Positions 37,017 to 48,925 of a DNA stretch of 64,000 bases are shown piece after piece. Below the pieces are notes generated by a model. The model was not told where the DNA came from and searched no databases. It was given only the letters and a program-made list of their open reading frames with translations. Position numbers and translations under genes: made by a program. Positions within the stretch are counted from its first letter, which is position 1, and each line of letters opens with the position of its first letter. The stretch is from Asterias rubens (Eukaryota), in NCBI RefSeq assembly GCF_902459465.1, contig NC_047080.1, forward strand, positions 5,208,001-5,272,000, read 5' to 3'.

Positions 37017-37148
37017 AGGTGTGAAAACTTCCTCATTCTGGTAATACTCATATTCATCATCGGAGTACGCTGGATTACTCCAGCTGTCATCCTCAATATA
37101 ACTCTCATCAGAATAGAGTTGTCTCTCCATGTTATCTACCAGGCAGGT
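37017..37148 (-). CDS. CACNA1A/B/E: CaV2 tail candidate cassette exon, acidic/Tyr-rich with NPAY (TCLVDNMERQLYSDESYIEDDSWSNPAYSDDEYEYYQNEEVFTP)
   Basis: ccccctttag|ACC...CCT|gtaagc; 132 nt, phase 0 to 0, open. Confidence 0.7.
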
Positions 37149-37157
37149 CTAAAGGGG

Positions 37158-37632
37158 GTGGATGCAGTATGCAGAGTGGAGGATGCAGTAAGGAGGATGA
37201 TGCAGAATGGAGGAGGATGCAGAATGCAAAGGAATAGGAGGATGTAGAATGGAAAGTGGGGGACGATGCAGAATGCAAAGGGAAGAGTGCAAAAGAAGAG
37301 GAGGATGCAGAATGTTAAGGAAGAAAATGATGCAGCATGGAGGAGGATGCAGAATGATGCAGAATGCAAAGTAGGGGATGCCGAACAAAAGGAAGAGGAG
37401 GATGCAGAATGTTTAGGAAGAGGATGATGCAGAATGGAGGAAGATGCAGAATGTTAAGTAAGAAGAGGTTGCAGAATGGAGGAGGATGCATATTGCAAAG
37501 GAAGAGGAGGATGCAAAGTGGAGGAGGATGCAGGATGGAAAGTGGAGGAGGATGAAGGATGGAAAGTGGAGGAAGATGCAGAATGCAAAGTGGAGGAAGA
37601 CGCAGAAGGGAGGAGGATGCAGAATGGAAGGT
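37158..37632. repeat. Purine-rich degenerate tandem repeat (GGAGGATGCAGAATG-like)
   Basis: About 20 variant copies of GAGGATGCAG(A/G)ATG. Confidence 0.9.
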
Positions 37633-37957
37633 GAAAAAGATTGGGAAGGATCAAAATGATAAAACATGCAGGGTTATTTTAGGAACTCTCCATTGAATGA
37701 TGCCATGCAGCATGCCTTATCGGGATGAATTAGTAAAGAGATGGTTGCTCATTCCATGATTGCGATCATTTTCAGTCAAACGTTGTTCTGAAACTAACCT
37801 ATTGTAAATCTCTTCACGTTGAGCGATGAGGTTGTCCTTTTTGCTGTATTTTTATATTCATAAAAGTTGCCTTTAATCTGGCAACTTTATGAATCAGTCC
37901 CCATTTTTCCCAAATTCAAGAGTACTTGAACTACCTGTACTTTTAAATTTCAGTTAA

Positions 37958-38334
37958 AGACACTGGACACTATTGGTAATTGTCAAAGACCAGTCTTCTC
38001 ACTTGCTGTATCTCAACATATGCATACAATAACAAACCTGTGAAAATTTGAATTCAATCGGTCATCGAAGTTGCGAGATAATAATGAAGGAAAAAACACC
38101 CTTGTCACACGAAGTTGTGTGCTTTCAGATGCTTGATTTCGAGACCTCAAATTCTAAATCTGAAGTCTCGAAACAAATTTGTGGAAAATAACTTCTTTCT
38201 CGAAAACTACTCCGCTTCAGAGGGAGCCGTTTCTCACAATGTTTTATACTACCAACCTCTCCCCATTACTTGTTACCAAGTAAGGTTTTACGCTAATAAT
38301 TATTTTGAGTAATTACCAATAGTGTCCACTGCCT
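37958..38334. mobile_element. MITE family A, full length
   Basis: TTAA-AGACACTGGACACTATTGG...GTGTCCACTGCCT-TTAA. Confidence 0.9.
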
Positions 38335-39910
38335 TTAAAATCGTATTCAAACTTTTAAGTTATTACCACTGCTGTATTATATTTTTAATAACCAAGCAGG
38401 ATAACAGATTTCATAGACTTGGTTGATATCGATTTCCAAAGATGAAGCTTTAACAGTTTTGAGAATCCAATGTCTTAAGATGAGTCATGCAGATTTACGC
38501 TGAATTGAAAAACTCCACCCTTCTGTTGCAAGCAGTCTACATTAACATCGGATATGAAACATTAAATATGATCTTGCTTGTTTCTTAGATGGGAGGGTGG
38601 GCTGTTAGGGGAGTCTGGGCGGGTTGGGGGTTTCTGGAAAGATAAAGGTAGACAGGTGAAGGAAATACGCAAGGCTACTGGTAGGTACTTACCCCCAGAT
38701 GGGTGTGGTCAAATAAGGAGATTAAATGGAAATCTAAGGAACTATTATAAAATCCAGTGTTGTGGTTCTTTACAAGCCATCATACTGAGAGTAGAGGGGG
38801 TTAGAATAAGCTTGTTTTGTATTTATCCAGCTCAACATCAAAACCCTTTATTTCTCCTGATGATGATAGAGAATACTCTGCAAAGTATTGAGTTTAATTA
38901 ACCAGTTTTCTTAAGAAACTTGTTAGCAAGAATGTTAGTATATTCATCAAATCGTTGTTTCTAGACTCCTGTTTTACACTGAAACAGTCAAACAATTTTT
39001 GTCTGAGTAATTGACAGAAAATGAAAGGGAAAGGTGGGGGGTGGGGAAACAAAATCGCAGTCTCTGGCAGACTGAACATTTGGTTTGTGAAGCTTGAAAC
39101 TGAAGGTGAACATCTTTGAAATCAAGTCTAGGGGTCAAACGGGCCAAGGGGAAGCCCCCTAGGTTCACCTCTGGGTAGACTTTTATTTGTAGTTAAAAAT
39201 ACAACCAGACAACCGCATCATCTGTAGCTAGACTACACACCCACAGGGATATGTCAGAGACTAATTATTGTGGGCTAAAGATAACAGTTGGCATACAGCC
39301 TGGCGTTGGTTCCAACCACACAAACGCCATTTCGATATCAAAATACCAGCACTGTTATTTCCCAGATTGTTCAAGTTTCTGAAATGTTTTAGGTTTTGGC
39401 ACACGATGGGTTGTGGTTTGAACTATAGTTGGCCATACTGTGTCACGATCACAAGGCTATGAAACATCGGCCCACCCCTCCTACAAAACACAGATTTTCT
39501 ATTTTAGAAAAATGTGACCTTTAAAGACAACAATGTACACAAATGTCTTATAAAAAAACTGTGTTCCTTGACTGATTGAAACGCTTTTAAATAGAGACAA
39601 GGTTTTAGATGACATCTGAGTAGTATAATATTCAAAATAATTGTTTTACTGTAGAGAGTAGTGTTTTTGCCTTCCCTACGTGACTGGATCAACAGGCTTT
39701 CGAGCTACAGTGTATAATTGGCCATCACATTACTATTGTTTCGTTAATTTCTTGTGCCTTATTGATTTGTTTTGCTATTTCTTCACTTTTTTTATTCATA
39801 TATTCATTTTACTTACTTACTGTTTGTGATTGTTTACTAATGATGGCCAAAACAGTGGGATTTGACTGACCTTAAGAAAAATGTTTTTAAGGAGAATGTT
39901 CTTCAAGATC

Positions 39911-40153
39911 GGGGCCCAATTTCATGGCTCTGTTTACTGAAAGTACAGAATCGGCGCTTACGAAAGCAGGGTATTCTGTGCTTACGACAAGCGTATTTCA
40001 CGGGTTAGCGGCTTCTTCGCGTGTGTACTCCAGGTTACTAGGGATTCTACGCTTATAAGGCTAGCGCAGAAATTTGGCGCTTGCACGTAAGCGGGGAATC
40101 GTGATCGTAAGCACAGAATACGGCGGTAAGCAGAGCCATGAAATTGGGCTCTG
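39911..40153. mobile_element. MITE family C (GGGCCCAATTTCAT termini)
   Basis: GGGCCCAATTTCATGGCTCTG / CAGAGCCATGAAATTGGGCTC; related ends at 44282-44450, 54960-55175 and 60893-61093. Confidence 0.8.
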
Positions 40154-42246
40154 GTGAGTTCCCTTCCAAATTGGGGGGGGGGGGGGGGGGGCGGCAAAGC
40201 GGAGGAGTTAGGTTTCACCTCAACATGCTGGTTAAGATGCATCAAGAACACAAAAGCAACTACTAATGCTCCCTCACCCTACACATATAATTTCTTTGAG
40301 AACAAAAGAAACCAATCTACAACATCTTGGCTGATTGTCAATGGATAAATGTACAGGATTTTGAGGTGGAATATTTATAGTACGATGAGTCGACACACTC
40401 TGGCTAGACATCAGACTCAAGATGCTTATCTCTCAAGATATAGCTGGAGATTACTGGGTCATACAGACAACGACTCAAATGAAGGTCAGCTGGGGTCAAA
40501 GGTCATATAGAGGTCAAAACGAGACATTACACCCTTTTGTCTAAATATGATAGAAGGAAAATTGGTTTTAAATTCGAGTTTTTTTCAGCTCCAATATGGT
40601 GTCAAGTTAGAATCTACGAAGCTGCCTTTCCAATTTCAAAAGCTACTTCGTTTCCTCCCCTGTATTTCTAGTTGCCCCGCCCCTTTTAAGAGATCTCTGG
40701 ATATGCCGCCAGTCCCCTGGTTATCCAAAACAATGACTTGGTGTCATCAATTGAGAAGCAAAATAGCTCCCAGCTACCAGACAAGTACAAGGCGACAGTA
40801 TTCTAGCTGACTCAATGAAGTCAATAATCAATCCACGCATGCCATGAGACGGAGAGAGACACACAGGAAAGAAACGTGACAGACCGAGGGGATGGTACAA
40901 CTCTAGGGAATTAGCCTCTGAAGTCGCTAGTTAGACCAAGGATTGGCAACGAAGGAATTCTATTGCTGTGTCAGTTTTTGGTATTCCTGACACAATCCTT
41001 CTTCTGGAAAACTAGGCTTTTGTAACAAAATCACGCTTAGGAATGATTATTTCTTTGGTTTATTTGTCATATCAAACTAAGTATTAGGTTTGTGAGTACT
41101 GGTGGCTCTGAGAAGAGTTGGTTTGTCATTATCAAACTATCTTGTAATCTAACTGTGCATCTGCTAGAAGGAAATAAATGTTGAGATGAAATAAAGTGAA
41201 CAGATTATTTTAAGATATTTCTCAAGATATTCTATTAACATTTTAGAGTTACTCACAGAATCGAAGTGAACTGAATATTGTATCTTCACTGTTGAAGCAA
41301 TTATTTTAAAGATATGCGATTCAAATTCTAGATTTACTAACAGAAAGTTTCTGGGATACAAATCATCAAATAATTTGTTTTTGAATCTCAAAACTTCCCA
41401 GAACCAAGTGTTGGATTACAGACAATATGTCCTCAAAGACGATCTAAATGGGGGGAAAGTTTAAACGGAAACTCATCCGTCAACAGCACAAGGTTACTGG
41501 TTGACTTCTGGTTCCGATTGAGTCTTGGTTCAACTTGGATGATCGGTGATTTTGGTTTCCTTTAAAGAAGTGATGACACCGTCTCGTGCGAATTTGACCT
41601 CATTTACTATGAGGGTGGGTCTTTAGTAGCCATAAGTTGCTTAAAGGGATTTTAACATTGAGTAAAAGATAGTTGTCTCTGGTAACTATAAAAGGAGAAA
41701 ACGAGCTGTGATGAGTTGCAAAATTTTTGAAAATGTTTTCATCCATAAATTGTAACAGTTAAAAATGAACACCTTTACTGAAGTTTTAATGGGCGTTCCT
41801 AATGAATCTATTCAAGAATTTATGTTGAGCTATCCTTTAGAAGAACTAAAGTAATTGAATATTGTTTTAGAGTTTGTTTTCATTGTGAGGTAAAAAACTG
41901 TACTACCGGTCACGTGGGTGTGTATAAACCTTTGTTTATGTCCAGTAAAAAGTGTTTATTCATGGGCATGACACGCGACCTTGCACCTGTTCTTTTAAGA
42001 CAGTTTCTTCATTCCTATTGGTCGAGAGCAATGGCTGAAACAGCTGTGCCACATCACGTGATACGCGCGACGCGCACAGCATTCCCTTATAAGGAGTTGT
42101 TTACCCGAGGGCGGCGGAGGGCTTTACCATTTCATAGCTGGGGTGTTGTGTGTTTTTGCATTCATTTTACTTTTTGACCAAAAAGTGATGATGTTTTTGA
42201 CCGAAAAGGGATTTGTGAATGGGAATCAAAGTAAAAGTGTTGAATC

Positions 42247-42365
42247 GGTTTTCAACTAGTGGTTTAAACTCACCGAGGCCTGGTTCTTTATAATTTACCT
42301 CGACTTCGTCTCGGTAAAATTATCAAGAACCGGCCTCGTTGGGATTAAACCACTAGTTGAAAACC
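42247..42365. repeat. 119-bp palindromic element
   Basis: Perfect 21-bp outer arms GGTTTTCAACTAGTGGTTTAA / TTAAACCACTAGTTGAAAACC; centre (minus strand) CGAG-AC-GAA-GT-CGAG. Confidence 0.85.
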
Positions 42366-43857
42366 TCTTCACCACACATTGATTCCCTTAGTAAAGATCA
42401 TTGGATAGAAATAGTTGCTGAAACTAGTGTTAAGGCCATGTCTGAAACTCGGGAAACAGCTATAGCTACATTTCCGCATTTCTGCATCAAAGTAAAGGAC
42501 ATTCTTAGCAAAAACCCTTAGCAACAGTCGTAGCTTTATCCATAACTGCCAATTTGAATACAGCCTTAGAAAGTGGTTAGATAGTACATACAACTTTCAA
42601 GCATCCCTTTTTTGCTTTTTAATGGACCAATGAATTTCACCTTTCAAGTTGACATAACTACATGTACCATCAGTAAATAAAGTTTACTATTTATTATTAT
42701 CACATGTTATAGCTTCTTAACCCCCCCCCTCCCCCTGATAAAAAAAAAGATTCCTTTCTGGATTTGCTAGGATGTACAACCCCTTTATAATATTGCTCAC
42801 TACAACAGCCACTTCATTGAGCAGTAATCCCTCGTGTGATAGGCTCAACACATGCAAACACTCAACAAATTAAACAGCATAGTGATTTGTTTTGACGGCC
42901 AAAGGAAACCGTGACAACCTACACCCTTTTCCCCTAATTCCTGTCCTATGGCAACCAGCTTTAATTTGTTGTTTATTTAAGTTGGGGTGACTACCGGTTA
43001 AGCGGTTATCAGTGTGCATTATTGTTATGGAGATTGATTTGGTTGGTACTCTGCAGGAGAGCCTGACAAACTTCTGAGTCAGTTGAGTACCGCTGTTGAT
43101 CATCGCTATTGATTACTAACTAGAACTTTTGAAAACTGCTTTGGTATCTGGAGAGAAGCGATTTAGTGTCACTCATACTCTCTAAATTTCAAAAGTATTT
43201 TGTGATTTGTGGGTTATTTGTTTTTTGTTGAAACATCAAGTACAAGCTCCTGCTGTCAGAGGTTAGGGACACAACCAAATAAATGATGATTTCGAGTACT
43301 CTTTCACAAGAGAAAGGACTTAGTCAAACCCTCTTAGAGTCAACTTTGGAATTCCTTACTTTGTTAAAGCCTTGCTCTATGGTTAAAGACAGAGTATATT
43401 ACCTTTGGTAATAACTCCAACAATGGTAACCATAAAATCTTACTCAAACGAGGCAGTGCAGCTGTTGATAATGTATAACATTTTAAGAAATGCTTCCCCT
43501 CTGAGGAATGTGATTTTAGAGAAAGGATTCAAAATCATTTTATTCTGAGAAACGTGTCAATAACCTGCTTTTATGAATCAATGTTTTTTAGTTGTCCTAG
43601 TTATGAATCTAGAAGATTAACTGAATTATGACATTATGGATGGAAATTTTCCTCCAAGCAACATGATGTAGCAAATTTAACTCATTATTTTGAAAGCAAT
43701 CAAAAGTTTTAATCAAACAAAATTAATAAGTCACAGGAAAAAAACAATTAAAAATAAATTAATTATCTGTTCCTGTATGGAGAATGACACGTCAAAAACT
43801 AAGCAGTAAAAAACAAGATAATTAATGAAAAATATAAAATTCTCAATGAATGCTTAC

Positions 43858-44011
43858 CCTGGATGTGTCTAGTGGGTCCCTTGGCCGTCTTCTTGAGTCC
43901 CTGGGTACCTCACCGTGTCTGTCCTGGGGTTTGTCCTGGGGTCTATCCTGAGATCTGTCGTACTGTCTATCATGGGATTTACCACGGTGTCTATCTGGGG
44001 ATTTGTCGTGT
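43858..44011 (-). CDS. CACNA1A/B/E: CaV2 tail exon (I-HDKSPDRHRGKSHDRQYDRSQDRPQDKPQDRHGEVPRDSRRRPRDPLDTSR), phase 2 to 0
   Basis: ctccctacag|A...AGG|gtaagc; 154 nt; phase matches the upstream exon ending AT|. Confidence 0.85.
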
Positions 44012-44281
44012 CTGTAGGGAGGACGAGATATATCATACATGAGTCATTTATATCAACAGAATGAAGGGTGGAGGTGTTTAAGGGTGGGACGGTTTTCAAG
44101 TAAGGTGCAAAATATTTGCTGGGCATGAGTGATTTAATCAATAAATGACTGCAAGAAAGTTTAACTGTCGTTTAAAAATAGCCCTTTCAATCTGACCTAC
44201 TTTTACCGTATTGGAATAAAGTTAGTGTTTTTAGAACTTTCTCATCACCAGTCATTCTTAGTGGTAAACTGGTTGAGACAT

Positions 44282-44450
44282 CTGGGCCCAATTTCATGAA
44301 GGATGAAGCAATAAATGGTTAAGTTCCTTTGCTTGACAATTGTCAAGACTGGAACAAGAAACCCACACTTTGCTGGAGTCTTGGCCGGTAATCTGATTTT
44401 ACTAAGCAAGGATTGTTTTGCTTAAGCACCTCCCTGAAATTGGCCCCCAG
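44282..44450. mobile_element. MITE family C-related element
   Basis: CTGGGCCCAATTTCATG...CTGAAATTGGCCCCCAG. Confidence 0.6.
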
Positions 44451-44627
44451 AGCTTGATTTGAGTCCAGTGCCACTTGATCACTCGGCCACCACATGCCAC
44501 TTGATGTTCCGTATACAGGGGAGCAATTATGTGTGCTTGATTTAAACTAGAATTTGAATACTTTGATTTGCTCCATGTTTGTTTTCAGTTGCAATGCCAG
44601 AAATACAGAGAGGTAGAACCACTTCAT

Positions 44628-44811
44628 TTTCATCTCCCATGACAGTAAATGACTGCAGGCGTTTGTTTGTGGTTTCATCTCCCATGACAGTAAATGACTG
44701 CAGGCGTTTGTTTGTGGTTTCATCTCCCATGATGGTAAATGACTGCAGGCGTTTGTTTGTGGTTTCATCTCCCATGACAGTAAATGACTGCAGGCGTTTG
44801 TTTGTGGTTTC
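44628..44811. repeat. 45-bp tandem repeat, 4 near-identical copies
   Basis: TTTCATCTCCCATGACAGTAAATGACTGCAGGCGTTTGTTTGTGG x4. Confidence 0.95.
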
Positions 44812-45790
44812 TGATGCCTCTTTGAAGGTGACTGACAGTTTAACCCATTTCTCTTTCTACACTTGATCATTTCCTGGTAATAGTCGAGAAGTAGTTGAAC
44901 ATCTTGAAGAACGTTCAAGTTTAATCGCCTTGGGGCACTAGGACAAGAAAGAGGTTCTCTCTACAACAATGGAGTTTACAGCAACGTCAGAGATAAGTTC
45001 AAGTGTTTCTTGAGATAATCATTCAAGGGCACTCTAACAATTGGGGGGGGGGGTATGAAACTGGTATCACCCCATTATGAGAGTTTGTGTGGGTGGGGAA
45101 TAAGGACCAAGATTTGAAGAGATTTTGGACCCCACCTTCACTAGCAACTCTCTCCACTGTTAAGACGTTTAGAGCACTCTCAAATCATCAATTGGCAGAT
45201 CCTTCAAACAACCAGGAAGTTTTAAATATGTATGCTTGGGGGGGGTATCTATGGACCTTATGCATTGATGTCATCCAGCCACCATCTTAGAGGTAAAATG
45301 GTGACAAAACAATTGAAACGCACATATTTGTATGCGCAGCGCAAATGATTGGCCAATGAACAACCTCCTTTTGACCTCTAGGTGAGGTCACCCTACTGAA
45401 ATGACGTCATGTGCATAAGGTCTATTAACAGTGAATAACCCCTTGAAGATGTGTACCATCCAACACAGACCTAAGTTTTCTACTAGTAGCCCCTTACCAA
45501 GAGTGGTTTTTAGCCTTGTTAGGGGCGAACTTGCATACAAAAAAAACCCCACCCAATTCCACACAGGTCTCTGACCCCATACACAGAGCTACCATCACCA
45601 TATCTAGAGCAGAGATAAAGACCTGGGGTTAACTCCCCTGGACCTTTCCTTGCCATCTACAGAGAGTGAGGGGCATCGACGCTCCTCAACAGGATTGATT
45701 GAGGTCAGTAGAAGCCTCTGGGTGAGGTTACTGTAGGCCTGTTTACCACTCAATAACTTTGATCACGTAGTTTGTGGAGAATTCACTCAC

Positions 45791-45920
45791 TTCAAGAGGT
45801 TTGGAGTTATCTTGTATAAACTTTAAATATTTGTGAACATCAAGTGAAGAATCTCTGAATGTTTTTGTTTTTTGAGAGGAGAGTTGAGATGTTGAAAGCT
45901 CTAGGGGATTGAACCCACAC
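45791..45920 (-). CDS. Candidate alternative CaV2 exon (CGFNPLELSTSQLSSQKTKTFRDSSLDVHKYLKFIQDNSKPLE), phase 2 to 0
   Basis: ctcattctgtcag|G...GAA|gtgagt; 130 nt, open; same phases as exon 43858-44011. Confidence 0.35.
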
Positions 45921-46385
45921 CTGACAGAATGAGAACACCTGTTACTGTTAAATGCAACCACTTTAACATCCGTAATAACCTTGGTACAACAACTACTAAA
46001 AACACTGAAGTTAGTCTTTACTCAAGTCTGACAGAATGAGACCACCTGTTATTGTTAAATGCAACCACTCTACTTTCGTCTTTACTGAAGTACAATGTCA
46101 TTGCAAACACTGCAGTTAGTCTTGACTGAAGTCTGACAGAATGAGACCACCTGTTATTGTTAAACGCAACCACTCTACTTTCGTCATCACCTTAGTACAA
46201 CATCACGGCAAACACTGCAGTTAGTCTCTACTCAAGTCTGATTTCCTGAATCAAAGGCACTGGTTGTTTCCTTCTTAAACTTTTGAATGTGACACTTGTT
46301 ACTGTTAAAAGCACGACCCTACAACCATCACAACCTTGGTACAATATATATAAACACTGCAGTTAGTCTTTACTCAAGTCTGAAC
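45921..46385. repeat. ~105-bp tandem repeat, about 4.5 copies
   Basis: GACAGAATGAGACCACCTGTTATTGTTAAATGCAACCAC...AAACACTGCAGTTAGTCTTTACTCAAGTCT recurring. Confidence 0.85.
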
Positions 46386-47918
46386 TTCTGCTCGTTTCTT
46401 CTAGGTAGCTAAATATGGATTACTAGTTTCTAATGATAAAGACACACAAGTTTGATACAACATATGGGTTTAAGATTAGATCAAAGACGTCTTGTTATTT
46501 ATCCCTGACCTTGATTGATTTCTTAATCCCTGTCCCAGATTTTTCAGAGAATTGATAGAAACTTGAAGAAATTGGATTTAGGAGACTGGATTTAAGATTA
46601 AATGTTTCTGGATCAAATCTTGTGTTGTTGAGAAAAGGTTAACTCAACGATTTAGGAAAAGTGAGCAACCAACTGAAATGCCCATATGAAAGGAAAGAAT
46701 TACTAATTCAAAAAGACACTGACAAATATTTACCCTTTGCTTGAATTGTACTAATATTTTATATCCAACTGATTCGGTCTATTGTGAGTTTGGAAATATA
46801 TGTTAAATTGCATTGAATTAAAAAGGTTTAAGTGAGGGTGACTGTTTATCTCAGTTCACATTTCATGACAACTTAATCTAAGATTTAGGGTAGAATTACA
46901 CAAGTTCAGGAAGTGCAGAAGGGCGGGGCCGAGCATGTTCACTAAAGTGGCAAACCTTGTCTCGATTGTGGGCAGACAATGTTTCTATTTTAGAGGGTAA
47001 GAAACTGGGGCACTGACTTATCATTACGTGCCATATGGAACTTATACGTTTCTAGATTTGTGGTTTAGTCCACTCCAGATTATGTTGCTGAAAACATCAC
47101 TTTTCAATTTCACGAAAGTTACAAAACACAGACAGCAGTCTGTCCTCGAGAACTTGGATTAATGTTCAACTCATTCTCTGATGATGTTGCAACTAAAATT
47201 CGGCAGGAAGCTGGCAGCTTTCCAAAGACCTTTCTGGAGTGTTCTTTTTTACCCTAGCATAGATACTTGTTTGCTCACTAATATCCCAATAAGTCTGTCA
47301 GCTTCCCTTTGACATTATTTTTTAAAGCTATGACGTAAAAATGTATTATTGATGTACTTTTATCTTCTCTATTTTTTGAGGTTTTGAGGGAAAAAACAAG
47401 AAAAAACAATTGTTTTTGAAACTTATTGTCAGTAGCTCAAAGTATTACACAAGTTTTCAAGCCAGTTTAGGACTATTTTCCACATTAACTGTTCCACTTA
47501 GTCCAAACTTGTTTTCATTCAGTTTTGAGAAACTGGTCAATCCAGCCCACTTTCAGCACAATCAATAGCTCGCTATATGAACACTAGAGGGCACTAGTCA
47601 TATGTTGTATTGTAATTGTATTTTGACAGCCTTAAAGTGACAGGCGCTAGAGCCAAGAGCAGGAAATACCAAATTACAAATGTCAGAATTTAATTTGACA
47701 CTCCAAGGAGAATCATGGACACATTCAATGGACAAGGAGACTTTAGACCTCAAACAAAAACACCAAAAAAAACACCAAAAAAAACCTGCTTTTGTCAGAG
47801 TGGTTGAGAAAAATGTGTTTTCATTAACGTTTCCTTTTTTCCCTAATTACAAATCAAAACCTTGAATTGTCAATTAATTTCTGACTTCTCTGTCAAACTT
47901 GACGGCATAAAAACTTAC

Positions 47919-48238
47919 ATCTGTGGTGAAGATCTTCTACTATGCTGGTCAGCTGTCAATCCTTCCGAGCCGGAGCTATCAATCCTGGGAAGCGTAGATG
48001 CAATCATTCTTGGCCTGATATGATCTCGCTCCCGGTCCTTGTCTCCGCCTCGGTCTTTGTCTCGTTCACGGTCTCGCTCCCGCGTCTTAGCGGGAGGTGG
48101 TTCGATTGCCTTGGGCTCTGGTTTTGGCTCGTTGGGAGCTAGAGGAGTTTCTTCATCCTCCTCTGCTACTTCCTTGAAGATGTTCTCAGCACTACCACGC
48201 CTAACAGCACCGACGAGACGCCTGAAGAGACACGGCCG
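47919..48238 (-). CDS. CACNA1A/B/E: CaV2 tail exon following the IQ domain (RPCLFRRLVGAVRRGSAEN...SRRSSPQ), phase 0 to 2
   Basis: ttcttcccccag|CGG...AT|gtaagt; 320 nt; RPCLFRR resembles the post-IQ P-x-[LM]-F-x-R segment of CaV2. Confidence 0.85.
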
Positions 48239-48269
48239 CTGGGGGAAGAAAAAGATAAACACCACCTTC

Positions 48270-48525
48270 AAAGTTATTTTGTTTTCTTCTTTTGTGCAAA
48301 GTTATTCTGTTGTCTTCATTTGTACAAAGTGTTATTGTTTTTTTCTTTTGTACAAAGTTACTTTGTTTTCTTTTTTTGTACAAAGTTGTTTTGTTTTCTT
48401 CATTGGTACAAATTAATTTTGTTTGCTTCTTTTGTGCAGAGTTATTTTGTTTTCATCTTTTGTACACAGTGATTTTGTTTTCATCTTTTGTACAAAGTTA
48501 TTTGGTTTTCTTCTTTTGTAGAAAG
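48270..48525. repeat. ~33-bp degenerate tandem repeat
   Basis: TTTGTACAAAGTTATTTTGTTTTCTTCT-like units, about 8 copies. Confidence 0.85.
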
Positions 48526-48627
48526 TAAAGAACCAGAGAAAAATAGAGATGGATGAGAATGTTTCAACAATGTAAAGATGCACATCCCGGATACAAAATA
48601 TAAAGATAAGAACCCTTCATCACTTAC

Positions 48628-48633
48628 CTTGTT
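48628..48633 (-). CDS. Candidate 6-nt microexon (NK)
   Basis: ttttaaaag|AACAAG|gtaagtga; consensus donor, weak pyrimidine tract. Confidence 0.3.
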
Positions 48634-48827
48634 CTTTTAAAATTAAATTACCCCCTCCCTCATTTTGGATTCCCAGATTTTTATCAGGTTTAAAAAGACA
48701 AGTTTAGAGGCTTTTTAAGACTTAATGAGATTATCTTGGAATAGATGGCCATATGAATATTAAAGAGATATAACTTGTCTTTCTTGACAAAGTTTGTCAG
48801 GATACTTTTTTCAACACATCAATTTTG

Positions 48828-48925
48828 ATTTGGGGTTGAACAAAGAAAAATTGACTAGAGCAAGATTTGAACCAGTGACCTCTGGATTTAACGTGCCAAC
48901 ACTCTACCAACTAAGCTATCTGGCC
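48828..48925 (-). mobile_element. tRNA-derived SINE copy
   Basis: Reverse complement of GCCAGATAGCTTAGTTGGTAGAGTGTTGGCACGTTAAATCCAGAGGTCACTGGTTCAAATC...TCAACCCC. Confidence 0.75.

Noticed and set aside
38695-38785. Good acceptor (with CTAAC) and GTAAGT donor pair on the minus strand
   Set aside because: Stops in all three frames; it could only be a poison exon and nothing else supports it.
39821-39870. 50-nt segment between a CTTAAG acceptor and a GTAAGT donor
   Set aside because: It breaks the frame of the CaV2 chain and has no compensating partner exon.
44628-44811. Short repeated units as a CRISPR array (also 57314-57655)
   Set aside because: Head-to-tail repeats without unique spacers, in a eukaryotic intron with no cas genes.
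44542-44918. ORFs on both strands with 15-aa repeats
   Set aside because: Explained by the stop-free 45-bp tandem repeat; no splice signals link them to a gene.
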